64,000 nt of DNA from Caulobacteraceae bacterium (GCA_035541575.1 DATKMZ010000036.1:486-64485), one strand, 5' to 3'; shown: positions 6,872-16,529, counted from the first letter of the stretch. Translations and numbers: made by a program. Notes: a model not told the origin generated them from the letters alone.

Positions 6872-7995
6872 ACCGCTTCGCAATGCTCGCAATGGCCGCC
6901 GCGGGCTTCGCGCTCGCAGGGCCGGCGCTCGCCCAGCCGCTGACCCGGGAAGAGCTGCAGCAGGCGCTGGCCCAGCGCGACCAGGCTATCGCCGCGCTCG
7001 AAAGGCGGATCGCGGCGCTGGAAGCGCAGCAAGGGCGCGAAACACCGCCGGCTGCGAGCGCGATCAAGACCGTGCCAGCCACCGACGCCGCGCCCGGCGC
7101 CGGCGTCGCCGCAGCCGCTTCGGGCGCAAGCGCCGGCGACGAGGTCGCGCTGCAGGCGCTCTCGCGCGGCCTGGTGCAGCGCGGGCTGCTGCTGCTCCCG
7201 GCGTGGAGCTTCGAGCTCTCCCCGAGCGTCGGCTACGACCACTCGCAGCAACAGGGTCTGGCGCTGGTCGACACGCCCGAGGGCATCTCGACCGTCAACG
7301 ACCGGCGCCAGCGCGACGACGACATCGAGCCGGCGATCAGCGCGCGGCTCGGCCTGCCCTGGCGCAGCCAGGTGCAGATCAGCGTCCCGTTCGATTGGAA
7401 GCGCACCTCGTCGGCGCTCGGCGACAACGCCGAGATCAACCACACCGCCGCGCATGTCGGCGACGTGCAGGTGGAGTTGAGCCACCAGTTCCTGGTGGAG
7501 GACAGCGGCTGGCGGCCGGACCTCATCGCCGGCATCGGCTGGCGCGCCCCGACGGGACTCAACGCCTACAAAGCCGAAGTCGCGGCGGTGGCGAACGGCG
7601 TCGGCAGCAACGCGGTCACCGGACGTCTGACGGCCCTGAAGACAATCGATCCGCTGGTCGTCTTCTCGACGCTCTCCTACGCCCACAACTTCAGCTATCC
7701 GCAGAGCGTCGGTCGCGTCACGGTCGGCGACACCGCCGACTGGGTGCTCGGAGGCCTCCTGGCCGTCAGTCCCGACACTTCGCTCAGCTTCGGCTTCGAC
7801 CAGCAGTTCAAGATGGTCACCCGCGTGAACGGCGCGAAGATCGCCGGCAGCGACGGCGTCGCGGCCTCGGCCCAGTTCGGCCTCGATCAGGTGCTGAACG
7901 CGCGCGCGCTGCTCGACGTGACGGTCAGCGTGGGCGTCACCAAGGACGCACCGGATTACGCCGTCATGGTCTCGCTGCCGATCCGGCTGCGGTGA
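6868..7995 (+). CDS. FapF-like outer-membrane beta-barrel transporter with N-terminal coiled coil
   Basis: Signal peptide, heptads EELQQALAQRDQAIAALERRIAALEAQQ, an Ala-rich linker, then ALSRGLVQRGLLLL..GDVQVELSHQFLVE..PDLIAGIGWRAPTG..PDYAVMVSLPIRL. ATGA-coupled to the C39 gene, as fapD/fapF-type pairs are. Confidence 0.75.
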   Translation: MNRFAMLAMAAAGFALAGPALAQPLTREELQQALAQRDQAIAALERRIAALEAQQGRETPPAASAIKTVPATDAAPGAGVAAAASGASAGDEVALQALSRGLVQRGLLLLPAWSFELSPSVGYDHSQQQGLALVDTPEGISTVNDRRQRDDDIEPAISARLGLPWRSQVQISVPFDWKRTSSALGDNAEINHTAAHVGDVQVELSHQFLVEDSGWRPDLIAGIGWRAPTGLNAYKAEVAAVANGVGSNAVTGRLTALKTIDPLVVFSTLSYAHNFSYPQSVGRVTVGDTADWVLGGLLAVSPDTSLSFGFDQQFKMVTRVNGAKIAGSDGVAASAQFGLDQVLNARALLDVTVSVGVTKDAPDYAVMVSLPIRLR

Positions 7996-8015
7996 GGCGC
8001 CCTCGGCGACGGCGT

Positions 8016-8816
8016 TCAGGCAGACGCCGGGAACTGGTCGGCGAGATAGCGCAGATCGGCGGCCATGCCGGTGTTGGCGGTGACGCCGAGACCCAACCAG
8101 TCCTGCATCTGCGGCCCGAGCGAGGCCTGGGTCTCGGCCGAGAGGCAGGCGTTCCAGTTCACCTGAGGCCTGAGGAAGGGGACCGTGTAGTAGCCAAACA
8201 GCAGCGCCCGGTCCTCGTCGTTGGTGACGTTGGCGCCTGAGGTGTGCCACATCCGCCCGTCCATCACGACGATCGAGCCGGCTTTCGCTTCGAATGGCGT
8301 CAGGCGTTTGTCCGCATCCGGCGGAACCTCGGCGCGCGTGCGCCAGCGGTGACTGCCCGGGATGTAGAGCGTGGCGCCGTTGTCGCGACGCACGTCCGTC
8401 AGGCACCAGATGATGTTGACCGCCCACGGCTGCAGCCAGGGCTCGGGCACGACGAGCGACTGGTCCGAGTGCAGCGCCATCGACTCCGAGCCGGGCCGGG
8501 CGATGTTGGCGGTGAAGTTCGAGATCAGGAACTGCGGGCCGATCACCTGCCGCACCATCTCGAGCGCGACCGGATGCTGGATCAGTTCGCGGAATATCTC
8601 GTCGCGCTCGAGCAGGTAGAAGACCCGCACGTTGCTTGCGTTCGGATCGAGCACCGGCAGGAACGTCGGCATGCCCCGCCGCTCGCTCTCGTCGGCCGCC
8701 GCCCAGAGCCTTCGCAGCGCGTCGGCCGTCTTTGCGGGCGGGAGCACGTTCGGCACGACGCACCAGCCGTCCTCGGCGAGCCGGACCTTGGCGTTGTCTG
8801 CCGCTGACCCGTCCAT
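8016..8816 (-). CDS. Phytanoyl-CoA dioxygenase (PhyH) family Fe(II)/2OG dioxygenase
   Basis: ALHSDQ (HxD), TDVRRDNGAT, WHTSG..NVT..DRAL. Confidence 0.88.
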   Translation of the reverse strand: MDGSAADNAKVRLAEDGWCVVPNVLPPAKTADALRRLWAAADESERRGMPTFLPVLDPNASNVRVFYLLERDEIFRELIQHPVALEMVRQVIGPQFLISNFTANIARPGSESMALHSDQSLVVPEPWLQPWAVNIIWCLTDVRRDNGATLYIPGSHRWRTRAEVPPDADKRLTPFEAKAGSIVVMDGRMWHTSGANVTNDEDRALLFGYYTVPFLRPQVNWNACLSAETQASLGPQMQDWLGLGVTANTGMAADLRYLADQFPASA

Positions 8817-8830
8817 CGTCCTTTGCGCCC

Positions 8831-9652
8831 CTAGGCCGGCGAAGCGCCGTTCACGAGGCCGAGCCCCTGGGTCTTGTAGCCCAGCAGCACCAGCGCCTCG
8901 TCGGAGGCGAACTGGCGCACCTCGGGCCGCAGCGACAGGAACCAGTTCTCCTGGGTGCGGTAGATCGGGCGCGTGTACCAGGCGAACACGCCGACGCGGC
9001 CCTGATCTCGGGTCACGTTGTTGCCGGTGCGATGCCACACCCGGCTCTCGAACACCACGGCAGAGCCGGCGGAGGTCTCGACCGGCACGGTCCTGACGCC
9101 AGCGTCGGCCGCGCCCGGCGAGCGGTTCAGCCGGTGGCTCCCGGGCGCGAAGCAGGTCGCGCCGTTCTCGGCGGTGAAGTCGTCGAGGCGCCAGGCGACA
9201 TTCAGCCCCTGCGGCGCGGCGGGCCAGGGCTCAGGCACGAACAGCTGATCTGCGTGCAGCACCATCTCGCCGCCGCCTGGATAGGTGATGTTGGCTGAGA
9301 TGTTGCCCAGCGCCGCCGGCCAGCCCAGCACGCCTTTCACGTAGGCGACGGCGAGTGGGTGGAATGCGAGGTCCTCGAACAGCGGGTCGCGGCTCAGCAC
9401 GTTCCAGACGCGCGCGTTGGTCTCGTCGTGCGCATAATCGAGGCCGAACTTCTGGGTTCGGGCGCGGTCCCGGTCCGACTCGGCGGCGCGGTACAGCGCC
9501 TCGCGCGTCCGCTTAAGGGTATCGCCCTCGAGCACGTCCGGCACGATGGCGAGGCCGTAGTCGGCGATGTCGCGCAAGCCTTGGGCTACGTCGCGCGTCG
9601 GCGGCGGGACGTCGAGATCGGGCGCGTCGGCGGCGCGGTGCTGAACGGCCAT
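8831..9652 (-). CDS. PhyH family Fe(II)/2OG dioxygenase (tandem paralog)
   Basis: VLHADQ, DDFTAENGAT..PGSH, VWHRTG.N. Start MAVQHRAAD at 9652. Confidence 0.88.
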   Translation of the reverse strand: MAVQHRAADAPDLDVPPPTRDVAQGLRDIADYGLAIVPDVLEGDTLKRTREALYRAAESDRDRARTQKFGLDYAHDETNARVWNVLSRDPLFEDLAFHPLAVAYVKGVLGWPAALGNISANITYPGGGEMVLHADQLFVPEPWPAAPQGLNVAWRLDDFTAENGATCFAPGSHRLNRSPGAADAGVRTVPVETSAGSAVVFESRVWHRTGNNVTRDQGRVGVFAWYTRPIYRTQENWFLSLRPEVRQFASDEALVLLGYKTQGLGLVNGASPA

Positions 9653-9817
9653 GGGCGGGTCTCGGGTATTCTCTACACCCAGAGCCTGAACCGCCTGACC
9701 CCTGGGAACACAACGGCCGGCGCAAGCCGATCGGCGTCGATGATGCCGCGCGATAGAGGTCCGAAAACCGCGAGTGGAGCCCTGGGCCAACACCCTTCGC
9801 CGCGCCATATTGGCGGT

Positions 9818-10357
9818 ATGATCCGTTACGCCATCTTCGAAACCGCGATCGGGTGGGCCTCGATCGCCTGGAACGACAAAGGCCTCGTTGCGGTCCGCCT
9901 GCCCGAGCGCGACCCCGAAGGAACGCGTCGCGCCGTCCTGAAGCGCTTTCCCGAGGCCGTGGAGCGCGATCCCGTAGGCGAAGGCTGGGGTCCTCTCATC
10001 GAGGGCGTGCGCGCACTGATGCGTGGTGAGAAGGCCGACCTCTCGGCGGAGCGGCTCGATCTCGATCGCACGTCCGACTTCAACGCCCGGGTCTATGAGA
10101 TCGCCCGTCAGGTCCCGCCCGGCGAGACGACGACCTATGGCGAGATCGCGTTCCGGCTCGGCGACCGGCTGCTGGCGCGCGACGTCGGCGTCGCGCTCGG
10201 GCAGAACCCCTGGCCGATCGTCGTGCCCTGCCATCGCGTCACCGCGGCCGGCGGCAAGCTCGGCGGCTTCTCGGCGCCGGGCGGCGCGCGCACGAAGCTG
10301 AAGCTGCTGGCGATCGAGGGCGCGGCCGTGGCGGCCCAAGGCGAGCTCTTCGCCTAG
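9818..10357 (+). CDS. ogt: Methylated-DNA--protein-cysteine S-methyltransferase
   Basis: VPPGETTTYGEIA..NPWPIVVPCHRV active-site motif. Confidence 0.92.
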   Translation: MIRYAIFETAIGWASIAWNDKGLVAVRLPERDPEGTRRAVLKRFPEAVERDPVGEGWGPLIEGVRALMRGEKADLSAERLDLDRTSDFNARVYEIARQVPPGETTTYGEIAFRLGDRLLARDVGVALGQNPWPIVVPCHRVTAAGGKLGGFSAPGGARTKLKLLAIEGAAVAAQGELFA

Positions 10358-10377
10358 AGGTTAGCCCTCGCGGTCGT

Positions 10378-10482
10378 GCGTGGTTCGAGATGCGCCTGCG
10401 GCGCTCCCCAGCATGCCGAAGATTGGAAGGACGCGCAGGAGTTCGTCATCCTGAGGAAACGCGAAGCGGCGTTTCGAAGGAC
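10378..10482. repeat. Palindromic intergenic repeat, family A copy 1
   Basis: gcgtggttcgaga..cgctcccc.gcatg..cgtcatcctgagga..tcgaaggac, between convergent genes. Confidence 0.85.
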
Positions 10483-11700
10483 CTAACCCCGACGGCGCTC
10501 GCCGACGCGACGCTTGGGCTCGCTCCAGGCTTCGAGGTCGCCCTCGTCCCAGACGCGCTCGGACGCGCTGGCCTCGTCCATCTCGGTCAGCGGCGTGCCG
10601 AGCGAAAGCGCCGACAGCAGATTGCGCAGTCCGTCGTAGATGGTCTCCGGCGAAAGCTGGCGGGTGCGCAGACCGGGAAACTGGTGCGCCCAGTAGCTGG
10701 TCAGCTGTTCGAGCCGGCCCATGCGCTCGCCGAGCCTGTTGAAAAGGCGCGGGCCGTCGATCAGGAAACGGCGGAATGGCTCGGGCGTGCGCTGCGCGGT
10801 CAGCGCCTCGAAGACGTCCTCGTAGATACGGAACGCGTCGGCGATGCGCCGCTCGCAATCGGAGACGAGGTCTTCCAGCTGGCTTACGGCGTAGCGAACG
10901 AAGCGCGCGGAGTCCGGGTCGAACCGCGACGCGTCGACCGCACCGATCGAGCGGCGCGTCGCCTTCACTTCCGGCATGATCGCGCGGCTGCGCCAGCGGT
11001 AGTAGAGCACCGCCTTCCAGCAGAACATCGCCTGCGCGAACTCCTCGGGCTCCATCTTGAGCGCCTGACGCAGCGGCATCAGCTCGGGACTGTCGCCCGA
11101 GGCGAGGATCAGCTCCGAGAGACGCTTGGCCTGCGCGTCGGAGACCGTGGCGCCGCCGAAGCAGAGGCCGATCAGCGTCTCGACCTGGTGGGCGACGAAG
11201 TCGCGCATCTCCGACTTGTCGGTCGGGCTGAGGCGGAAGTAGCAAGGCGAGACGGTGATCTTGTTGGCGGTCAGCGCCTCGTGCAGCAGGAACGGATCGA
11301 GCGTGGGCAGCTTGTCGAGCAGGCGCAGCACCGCGATGTCACGCGCGATGTCGAGGCCGTTCCAGTCGAGGTGTCGGGCGAGCAGCTCGGCGAGGTCCGG
11401 GTCGTCCACCAGCAGGAACTGGCCACCGAGGTCGAGATCATCCGGGTCGAAAGGGAAGATGACCTTGGTGACGATCGCGCCCCGTTCGGTGTTGGACTCG
11501 AACTCGCCCGCCCGGGGGTGATGCTTGACGATGATCGTGCGGTTGAGCACCGGGTGCGCGAACATGGGCCGGTTGTGATGGTCGGGGTCCTCGCCGGCCT
11601 CGACCCAGAGTGAGTGCAGGTCGAGCACGCGCGCCGACGACGACCGCGCGGTGATGCTTCTCAGCGTCTGGACGCCGGAGAGGTGGGGAAGGCCGCGCAT
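10483..11700 (-). CDS. Hypothetical protein (about 405 aa, cytoplasmic, alpha-helical)
   Basis: Long ORF with protein-like composition (LNRTIIVKH, TKVIFPF..DLDLGGQ, LDKLPTLDPFLLHE). No family recognised. Start uncertain. Confidence 0.75.
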   Translation of the reverse strand: MRGLPHLSGVQTLRSITARSSSARVLDLHSLWVEAGEDPDHHNRPMFAHPVLNRTIIVKHHPRAGEFESNTERGAIVTKVIFPFDPDDLDLGGQFLLVDDPDLAELLARHLDWNGLDIARDIAVLRLLDKLPTLDPFLLHEALTANKITVSPCYFRLSPTDKSEMRDFVAHQVETLIGLCFGGATVSDAQAKRLSELILASGDSPELMPLRQALKMEPEEFAQAMFCWKAVLYYRWRSRAIMPEVKATRRSIGAVDASRFDPDSARFVRYAVSQLEDLVSDCERRIADAFRIYEDVFEALTAQRTPEPFRRFLIDGPRLFNRLGERMGRLEQLTSYWAHQFPGLRTRQLSPETIYDGLRNLLSALSLGTPLTEMDEASASERVWDEGDLEAWSEPKRRVGERRRG

Positions 11701-11941
11701 GAACCGTCGCGTCTTTGAGTTGAGCTGACGCCAGTTAGCACGCCGACTCCTTAACAAACCGCCGAGCCGCACCGCTCGGTCGCGAAAAATCTACAGGGGC
11801 TCGGCGCATCCGCCGGTGTCGTCGCTGCGGCGTTGCGCCGCATTAAGGCGGATTGCCATCGTTAGGTCGAAAACCGGCCCATTTCGCGCCTGCGTGACAC
11901 CTTTTGATCGGTCGAGTCACCGGGCAGGGACGGAGACGGGC

Positions 11942-12271
11942 GTGAAGGACTATGTCGACGTTGCCGGCGCGTCCGGCGCCACCTATCGCTTCATGCGACT
12001 CAAGGAGGGCCGCCCGCTGTCGCCGATGGGCGGCAACTTCATCTATGGCCGGTACACCGGCGAGCAGTTCGAGATCATCTACGCCAGCCAGGTGCAGAAC
12101 CTGCTGAAGGACGCCCGCAACCGCTGGAACGAGGCGCAGCAGCGCTACCAGGTCAGCGACCTCTACTCGCGGCTCAACATCTCGGAACGCGTGCGCCACC
12201 TGGAGTTGGCCGACATCGTCGACGCCAACCACCCTCCAATGAACTCCAGCCCAGAGCTTAAGGCCGGGTGA
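11942..12271 (+). CDS. Small hypothetical protein
   Basis: GTG start after ggagac; VKDYVDVAGASGATYRF..; high GC3. Confidence 0.7.
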   Translation: MKDYVDVAGASGATYRFMRLKEGRPLSPMGGNFIYGRYTGEQFEIIYASQVQNLLKDARNRWNEAQQRYQVSDLYSRLNISERVRHLELADIVDANHPPMNSSPELKAG

Positions 12272-12280
12272 CGCTCCGCC

Positions 12281-12368
12281 GTCACCCGGGAGGCCGCGTG
12301 GCGGCCATCCGGGACGTTGTGGAGCTCTGCCCCGGATGAGTCCCGGTTCGCGGGCTCTCCGGAATGAC
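12281..12368. repeat. Palindromic intergenic repeat, family C (GTCA..CCGG..CCGGAATGAC)
   Basis: gtcacccggg..atccgggac..tcccgg..ccggaatgac between convergent genes. Confidence 0.7.
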
Positions 12369-12370
12369 CG

Positions 12371-13174
12371 TCATTTGGAGAAGATCGGGTTCAGCAAACG
12401 ACCGCCGGCCGAGCCGGCGAAGGCGGTGAACGTGCCCTTATCGACGATCTCCTGTGCGGCGCTCAGCGCGGCCGCGAAGGCCACGCCCGCCAGCGCACCG
12501 CCGAGGCTGATGCGGCGCACGCCGTAGCTCTCAGCTGTCGACACGGGGATGCCGGGTGAGAGCAGGTTGACGGGCTTGGGCGCCACCGCCTGCACCACGG
12601 CGCGGATCTGCGCCTCGTCGCGGATGCCGGGCGCGTAGAGGCAGTCGGCCCCGGCCGCCGAATAAGCCTTCAGACGCCGCACCACTTCGTCGAGGTCGGG
12701 CGCGCCGCGGATGAAGCCTTCGGCGCGGCCGGTCAGCACGACTCCCGATCCAGTCCGGTCGATCGCCGCGCGGGCTGCCGCGACGCGGGCGACCGCCAGG
12801 TCGAAGTCGTAGAGCGCGCTGCCCGAGTAGTCCTCGACCGAGAGGCCGGCGACGCCGGTGTCGACGGCCAGCGCGACGTTCTTCGCGACCTCGTCGGGCG
12901 CGTCCGCGAAACCGTTCTCGAAATCGGCGTTCAGCGGCAGGTCGCTGCCGTGCGCGAGCGACGAAAGGTGCAACAGCACCTCGTCGAGGCTGACCTGGCC
13001 GTCGGCGCGGCCCATCGACCAGGCCATGCCGGCGCTGGTGGTGGCGAGCGCCCGGAAGCCGAGATGCTGGAGGATCTTGGCCGAGCCTACGTCCCAGGGG
13101 TTGGGCAGCACGAAGCAGCCGCTCTCGTGCAGGCGGCGGAACGCGGCGCGCTTCTCGGCGGCGGATGTGGCCAT
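12371..13174 (-). CDS. Isocitrate lyase / PEP mutase family protein
   Basis: PNPWDVGSA, LATTSAG, LNADFENGF, GLSVED, AGADCLYAPG. Confidence 0.9.
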   Translation of the reverse strand: MATSAAEKRAAFRRLHESGCFVLPNPWDVGSAKILQHLGFRALATTSAGMAWSMGRADGQVSLDEVLLHLSSLAHGSDLPLNADFENGFADAPDEVAKNVALAVDTGVAGLSVEDYSGSALYDFDLAVARVAAARAAIDRTGSGVVLTGRAEGFIRGAPDLDEVVRRLKAYSAAGADCLYAPGIRDEAQIRAVVQAVAPKPVNLLSPGIPVSTAESYGVRRISLGGALAGVAFAAALSAAQEIVDKGTFTAFAGSAGGRLLNPIFSK

Positions 13175-13296
13175 GGCAGGTCCTTCTCGGGCTTGGGCGC
13201 GGGCCTTATCGCGGCCGGTGCGGGCCGCTGCAATAAGGTGCAGACCGTAAGGTCCCAATCTCGCCAGCAGCGAACGCGGCTGATAAGGGGCCCGCC

Positions 13297-14046
13297 ATGA
13301 GCAAGATCGCCCTCATCACCGGCGCGGGCAGCGGAATCGGCAAGGCGAGCGCGCTGGCGCTGGCTGGCGCGGGATGGTCGGTCGCGCTTTGCGGGCGGCG
13401 TCTCGACCGCCTGGAGCCGGTGCGCGCCGAGGCGGAGTCGAAAGGCGCGGACGCGGTCGCGATCGCAGCCGACGTCGGCGATCCGGCTGCGGTCGGCGCC
13501 GTGTACGGCGAGGTCGAGGCGCGCTTCGGCCGGCTCGACCTTCTGTTCAACAACGCGGGGACCGGCGCGCCGCCGAAGCCGATGGAGGACCTGACTGTCG
13601 AGGAGTGGCGACGCGTGGTCGACACCAACCTCACCGGCGCCTTCCTCTGCACGCAGGGCGCGTTGCGGCTGATGAAGCGTCAGGACCCGCGCGGCGGGCG
13701 GATCATCAACAACGGCTCGATCTCGGCTCATGCGCCGCGGCCGAACTCGGCGCCTTACACCGCGACCAAGCACGCGATCACCGGGCTCACCCGCTCGACG
13801 GCGCTCGACGGGCGGGCGTTCGACATCGCCTGCGGCCAGATCGACATCGGCAACGCCGAGACGCCGCTCACGGCGCGGATGGCCGGCGGCGTGCCGCAGG
13901 CCGACGGCCGCATCGCACCGGAGCCGGTGATGGACGTCGAGGACGTCGCCCGCGCGGTCGTCTACATGGCCGAACTGCCGCTATCGGCCAACGTGCAGTT
14001 CATGACCGTGATGGCGACCAAGATGCCCTACATCGGGCGGGGGTGA
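13297..14046 (+). CDS. SDR family oxidoreductase
   Basis: [17 protein letters not shown]. Confidence 0.92.
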   Translation: MSKIALITGAGSGIGKASALALAGAGWSVALCGRRLDRLEPVRAEAESKGADAVAIAADVGDPAAVGAVYGEVEARFGRLDLLFNNAGTGAPPKPMEDLTVEEWRRVVDTNLTGAFLCTQGALRLMKRQDPRGGRIINNGSISAHAPRPNSAPYTATKHAITGLTRSTALDGRAFDIACGQIDIGNAETPLTARMAGGVPQADGRIAPEPVMDVEDVARAVVYMAELPLSANVQFMTVMATKMPYIGRG

Positions 14047-14051
14047 TCCAT

Positions 14052-14185
14052 CCCTTTCCCTCTGTGGGGAGGGCGTCGGCGCGCAGCGTCGATGGGTGGG
14101 GTGTGGGGAACCCAACGATGGCGCCCGTCCCGTGACACCCCCACCCGATCGCTTCGCGGTCTGCCCTCACCATGAAGGGGAGGGA
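14052..14185. repeat. Palindromic intergenic repeat, family B (CCCTxCCC..GGGGAGGG hairpins)
   Basis: ccctttccctctgtggggaggg..ccctcaccatgaaggggaggga. Confidence 0.75.
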
Positions 14186-14199
14186 GCCGAGCGCAGCTG

Positions 14200-15402
14200 T
14201 CAGAACATAACCCCCGCTTCCGCGAGCAGGCGGGCCTGGGTGTCGTCGGTCCCGAACGTGCCGAACATCAGGCCGGGCGTGCCGCCGCCGACGCCGGTGT
14301 ACGAGAACTCGCCGCGGACGAAGAAGATGCCCTGCTGATAGGTCGGCGTCACCGTGATCGACCAGGCGTCGGAGTCTACGCCGTAGCCCAGCAGGTTCGC
14401 CGCACCGTGCGACTTGATGTACTCGACCCGGCCGGCCAGCGACCAGTGCGGGTTGAACTGGTACTTCGCCAGCACCGCGAAGCCGATGGTGTCGCCCGAG
14501 AACGAGACGCCCGGGATGTTCGGCGAGCTGTTGTACTGCAGGTAAGGCGAGATCGTCAGCGGGCCCATGTTGTGGGTGAAAATCAGGTTGTAGATCTGGC
14601 CGTTGTTCTGCTGCACCGGCGTGGCGAAGGTCGCCGTCCGCGCGGTGCCAGCGTTGCCCTCGGCGGCGAACGTCAACGCGTCGGTGTTCTTGAAGGTGTA
14701 GGTGATGAGGCCTGACAGCGCCGTGTAGGTGTCGGAGTAGTAGCCGTCGGTCACCGCGCCCGAGATCGCCCAGGGGCCGTTGGTGTAGTTGACCTGCACG
14801 CCTTTGCTGACGGCAGGCTCCTGGTTCCAGAGCAGGCCGCGCTGGATGTCGTAGTTCTCGAACGAGAACGTGTACTCGTCGCCGATCAGCGTCGGCAGCG
14901 CCCCGACCATAACGTTCAGGTTGGAGTTCGGCACCAGCTTGATGAAGCCTTGCGGCGCATAGCCGTAGGTGTTGTCGGTGATAGTCTTGGCCTTGTAGTA
15001 GGGCGTGCCGAGACTCGGCAGGTCGTAGGCGCCGACCTGCAGGTAGAACTGGATCGGCCCGTCGGTCTTGTTCAGGATGATCTGGGCGTTCGAGAAGTCG
15101 CCGTAGAAATCCTTGTTGTGATTGCCGAAGGCGTCGAACGCTGGGTGCGACTGCCAGAGTGCGAAACCGGACACCACCCCGTCGACCATCACCTTGCCGA
15201 TCGGACCGGCGTCGAAGGTGGCCGGGCTGCCGTTGGCGACGAGCGGACCGGCGACGCTCGGGTAAGGCATCGGCGTCGGCTGCGGCGCCGCCGGCGCGGC
15301 CGCGGAACCGCCCGCCGGCTGATCGTCCGCGAGCGCCGAGCCCGCCAGCAAGAGGCCGACGCCGGCTGATCCGGCGCACAGCAACAACTTCAGTTTCGTC
15401 AT
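14200..15402 (-). CDS. Outer-membrane beta-barrel protein (putative BBP2/DUF1597-type porin)
   Basis: Signal peptide, Asn/Tyr/Gly-rich beta-strands, PHWSLAGRVEY..TVTPTY..FVRGEFSY, terminal Phe. Confidence 0.75.
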   Translation of the reverse strand: MTKLKLLLCAGSAGVGLLLAGSALADDQPAGGSAAAPAAPQPTPMPYPSVAGPLVANGSPATFDAGPIGKVMVDGVVSGFALWQSHPAFDAFGNHNKDFYGDFSNAQIILNKTDGPIQFYLQVGAYDLPSLGTPYYKAKTITDNTYGYAPQGFIKLVPNSNLNVMVGALPTLIGDEYTFSFENYDIQRGLLWNQEPAVSKGVQVNYTNGPWAISGAVTDGYYSDTYTALSGLITYTFKNTDALTFAAEGNAGTARTATFATPVQQNNGQIYNLIFTHNMGPLTISPYLQYNSSPNIPGVSFSGDTIGFAVLAKYQFNPHWSLAGRVEYIKSHGAANLLGYGVDSDAWSITVTPTYQQGIFFVRGEFSYTGVGGGTPGLMFGTFGTDDTQARLLAEAGVMF

Positions 15403-15704
15403 TCGAATTATCCCCTTATGCGCGCCCGCCCGGCCCTTGCCGGTTTCGCGGCGCCTGGCCGGCGGGCTCTTTTCGACCGCCCGAGCCCATCTCGGGCGCC
15501 GGGGCGTGGCGCGAACAGCTTCGTCTGGGCGCCCGGGAGTCCGCGCCCGACGCCGACTGTTTCTTGTGCGCCGCCGGCGGCGCTCTGCCGCAAAATTAGG
15601 CAGGGGTCCGCGGCCGCCGGCCCCGGTCAGCCGTCACGCTAAGCCGGATGTGCGTAAGGATTCGACGGCGCTCGGCGGCGGCGGGTGTAAGCGCCGCGTA
15701 AGCC

Positions 15705-16505
15705 TCAGCGCATCGCCATGGACGCGCGGCCGAGGTGGGAGCCGGCGTCCACGAGCAGAGTCTCGCCAGTGATGTGCCGCGCCGCCGGCGAGGCGAAGAA
15801 GATCGCGCCCGGCGCGATGTCCTCGGGCGTAGAAGCGAGCTGCAGCGGGGTCGAGGCGGCCGCGCCTTCCCGCAGGCGGTCGACCGCCGCCGCCGGCAGG
15901 CCGCGCCCGAACCAGGGCGTGTCGATGTAGCCGGGGCAGATCACGTTGACCCGGATCTTCGGCGCGAGCGCCCGGGCCAGCGACAGCGTCATGGTGACGA
16001 GCGCGCCCTTCGAGGCGGCGTAGGGCACCGAGGAGCCGATCCCGGTGACGCCGGCGATCGAAGAGGTGTTGACCACCGCGCCGGGCTGTGGCGCGGCTTC
16101 GAGCAGGCTGCGGCAGGCGCGCACCATCTGGAACGCGCCGATCACGTTCACGGCGTAGATGCGCGCGAAGTTCTCGGCCGAGACCGCATCGAGGTCGGCA
16201 TGGTTGGCGAACGTGGTCTGGCCGGCGTTGTTGAACAGCGCGTCGATGCGGCCGAACGGCTCGGCGGCCGCGGCGATCTTGCGGCAGTCGGCGTCCTCGG
16301 CGACGTCGCCCTGCACCAGCACCGGCTCCGCGCCGGCCGCGTTGACCCGCCGCGCGGTCTCCTCGGCCTCGGCGGTGTTGTGAGCATAGTTGATCACGAC
16401 CGCAGCCGCGCCCTTCTCGGCCACGCCCACGGCGATCGCTCGGCCGAGCCCGCTGGAGGCCCCGGTCACCACCGCCACGAACCCTTCGAGATCTTTCCCC
16501 GCCAT
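15705..16505 (-). CDS. SDR family oxidoreductase
   Basis: [19 protein letters not shown] aggagg before ATG 16505. Confidence 0.92.
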   Translation of the reverse strand: MAGKDLEGFVAVVTGASSGLGRAIAVGVAEKGAAAVVINYAHNTAEAEETARRVNAAGAEPVLVQGDVAEDADCRKIAAAAEPFGRIDALFNNAGQTTFANHADLDAVSAENFARIYAVNVIGAFQMVRACRSLLEAAPQPGAVVNTSSIAGVTGIGSSVPYAASKGALVTMTLSLARALAPKIRVNVICPGYIDTPWFGRGLPAAAVDRLREGAAASTPLQLASTPEDIAPGAIFFASPAARHITGETLLVDAGSHLGRASMAMR

Positions 16506-16529
16506 CGCCGTCCTCCTTTGTCTTCTTAT

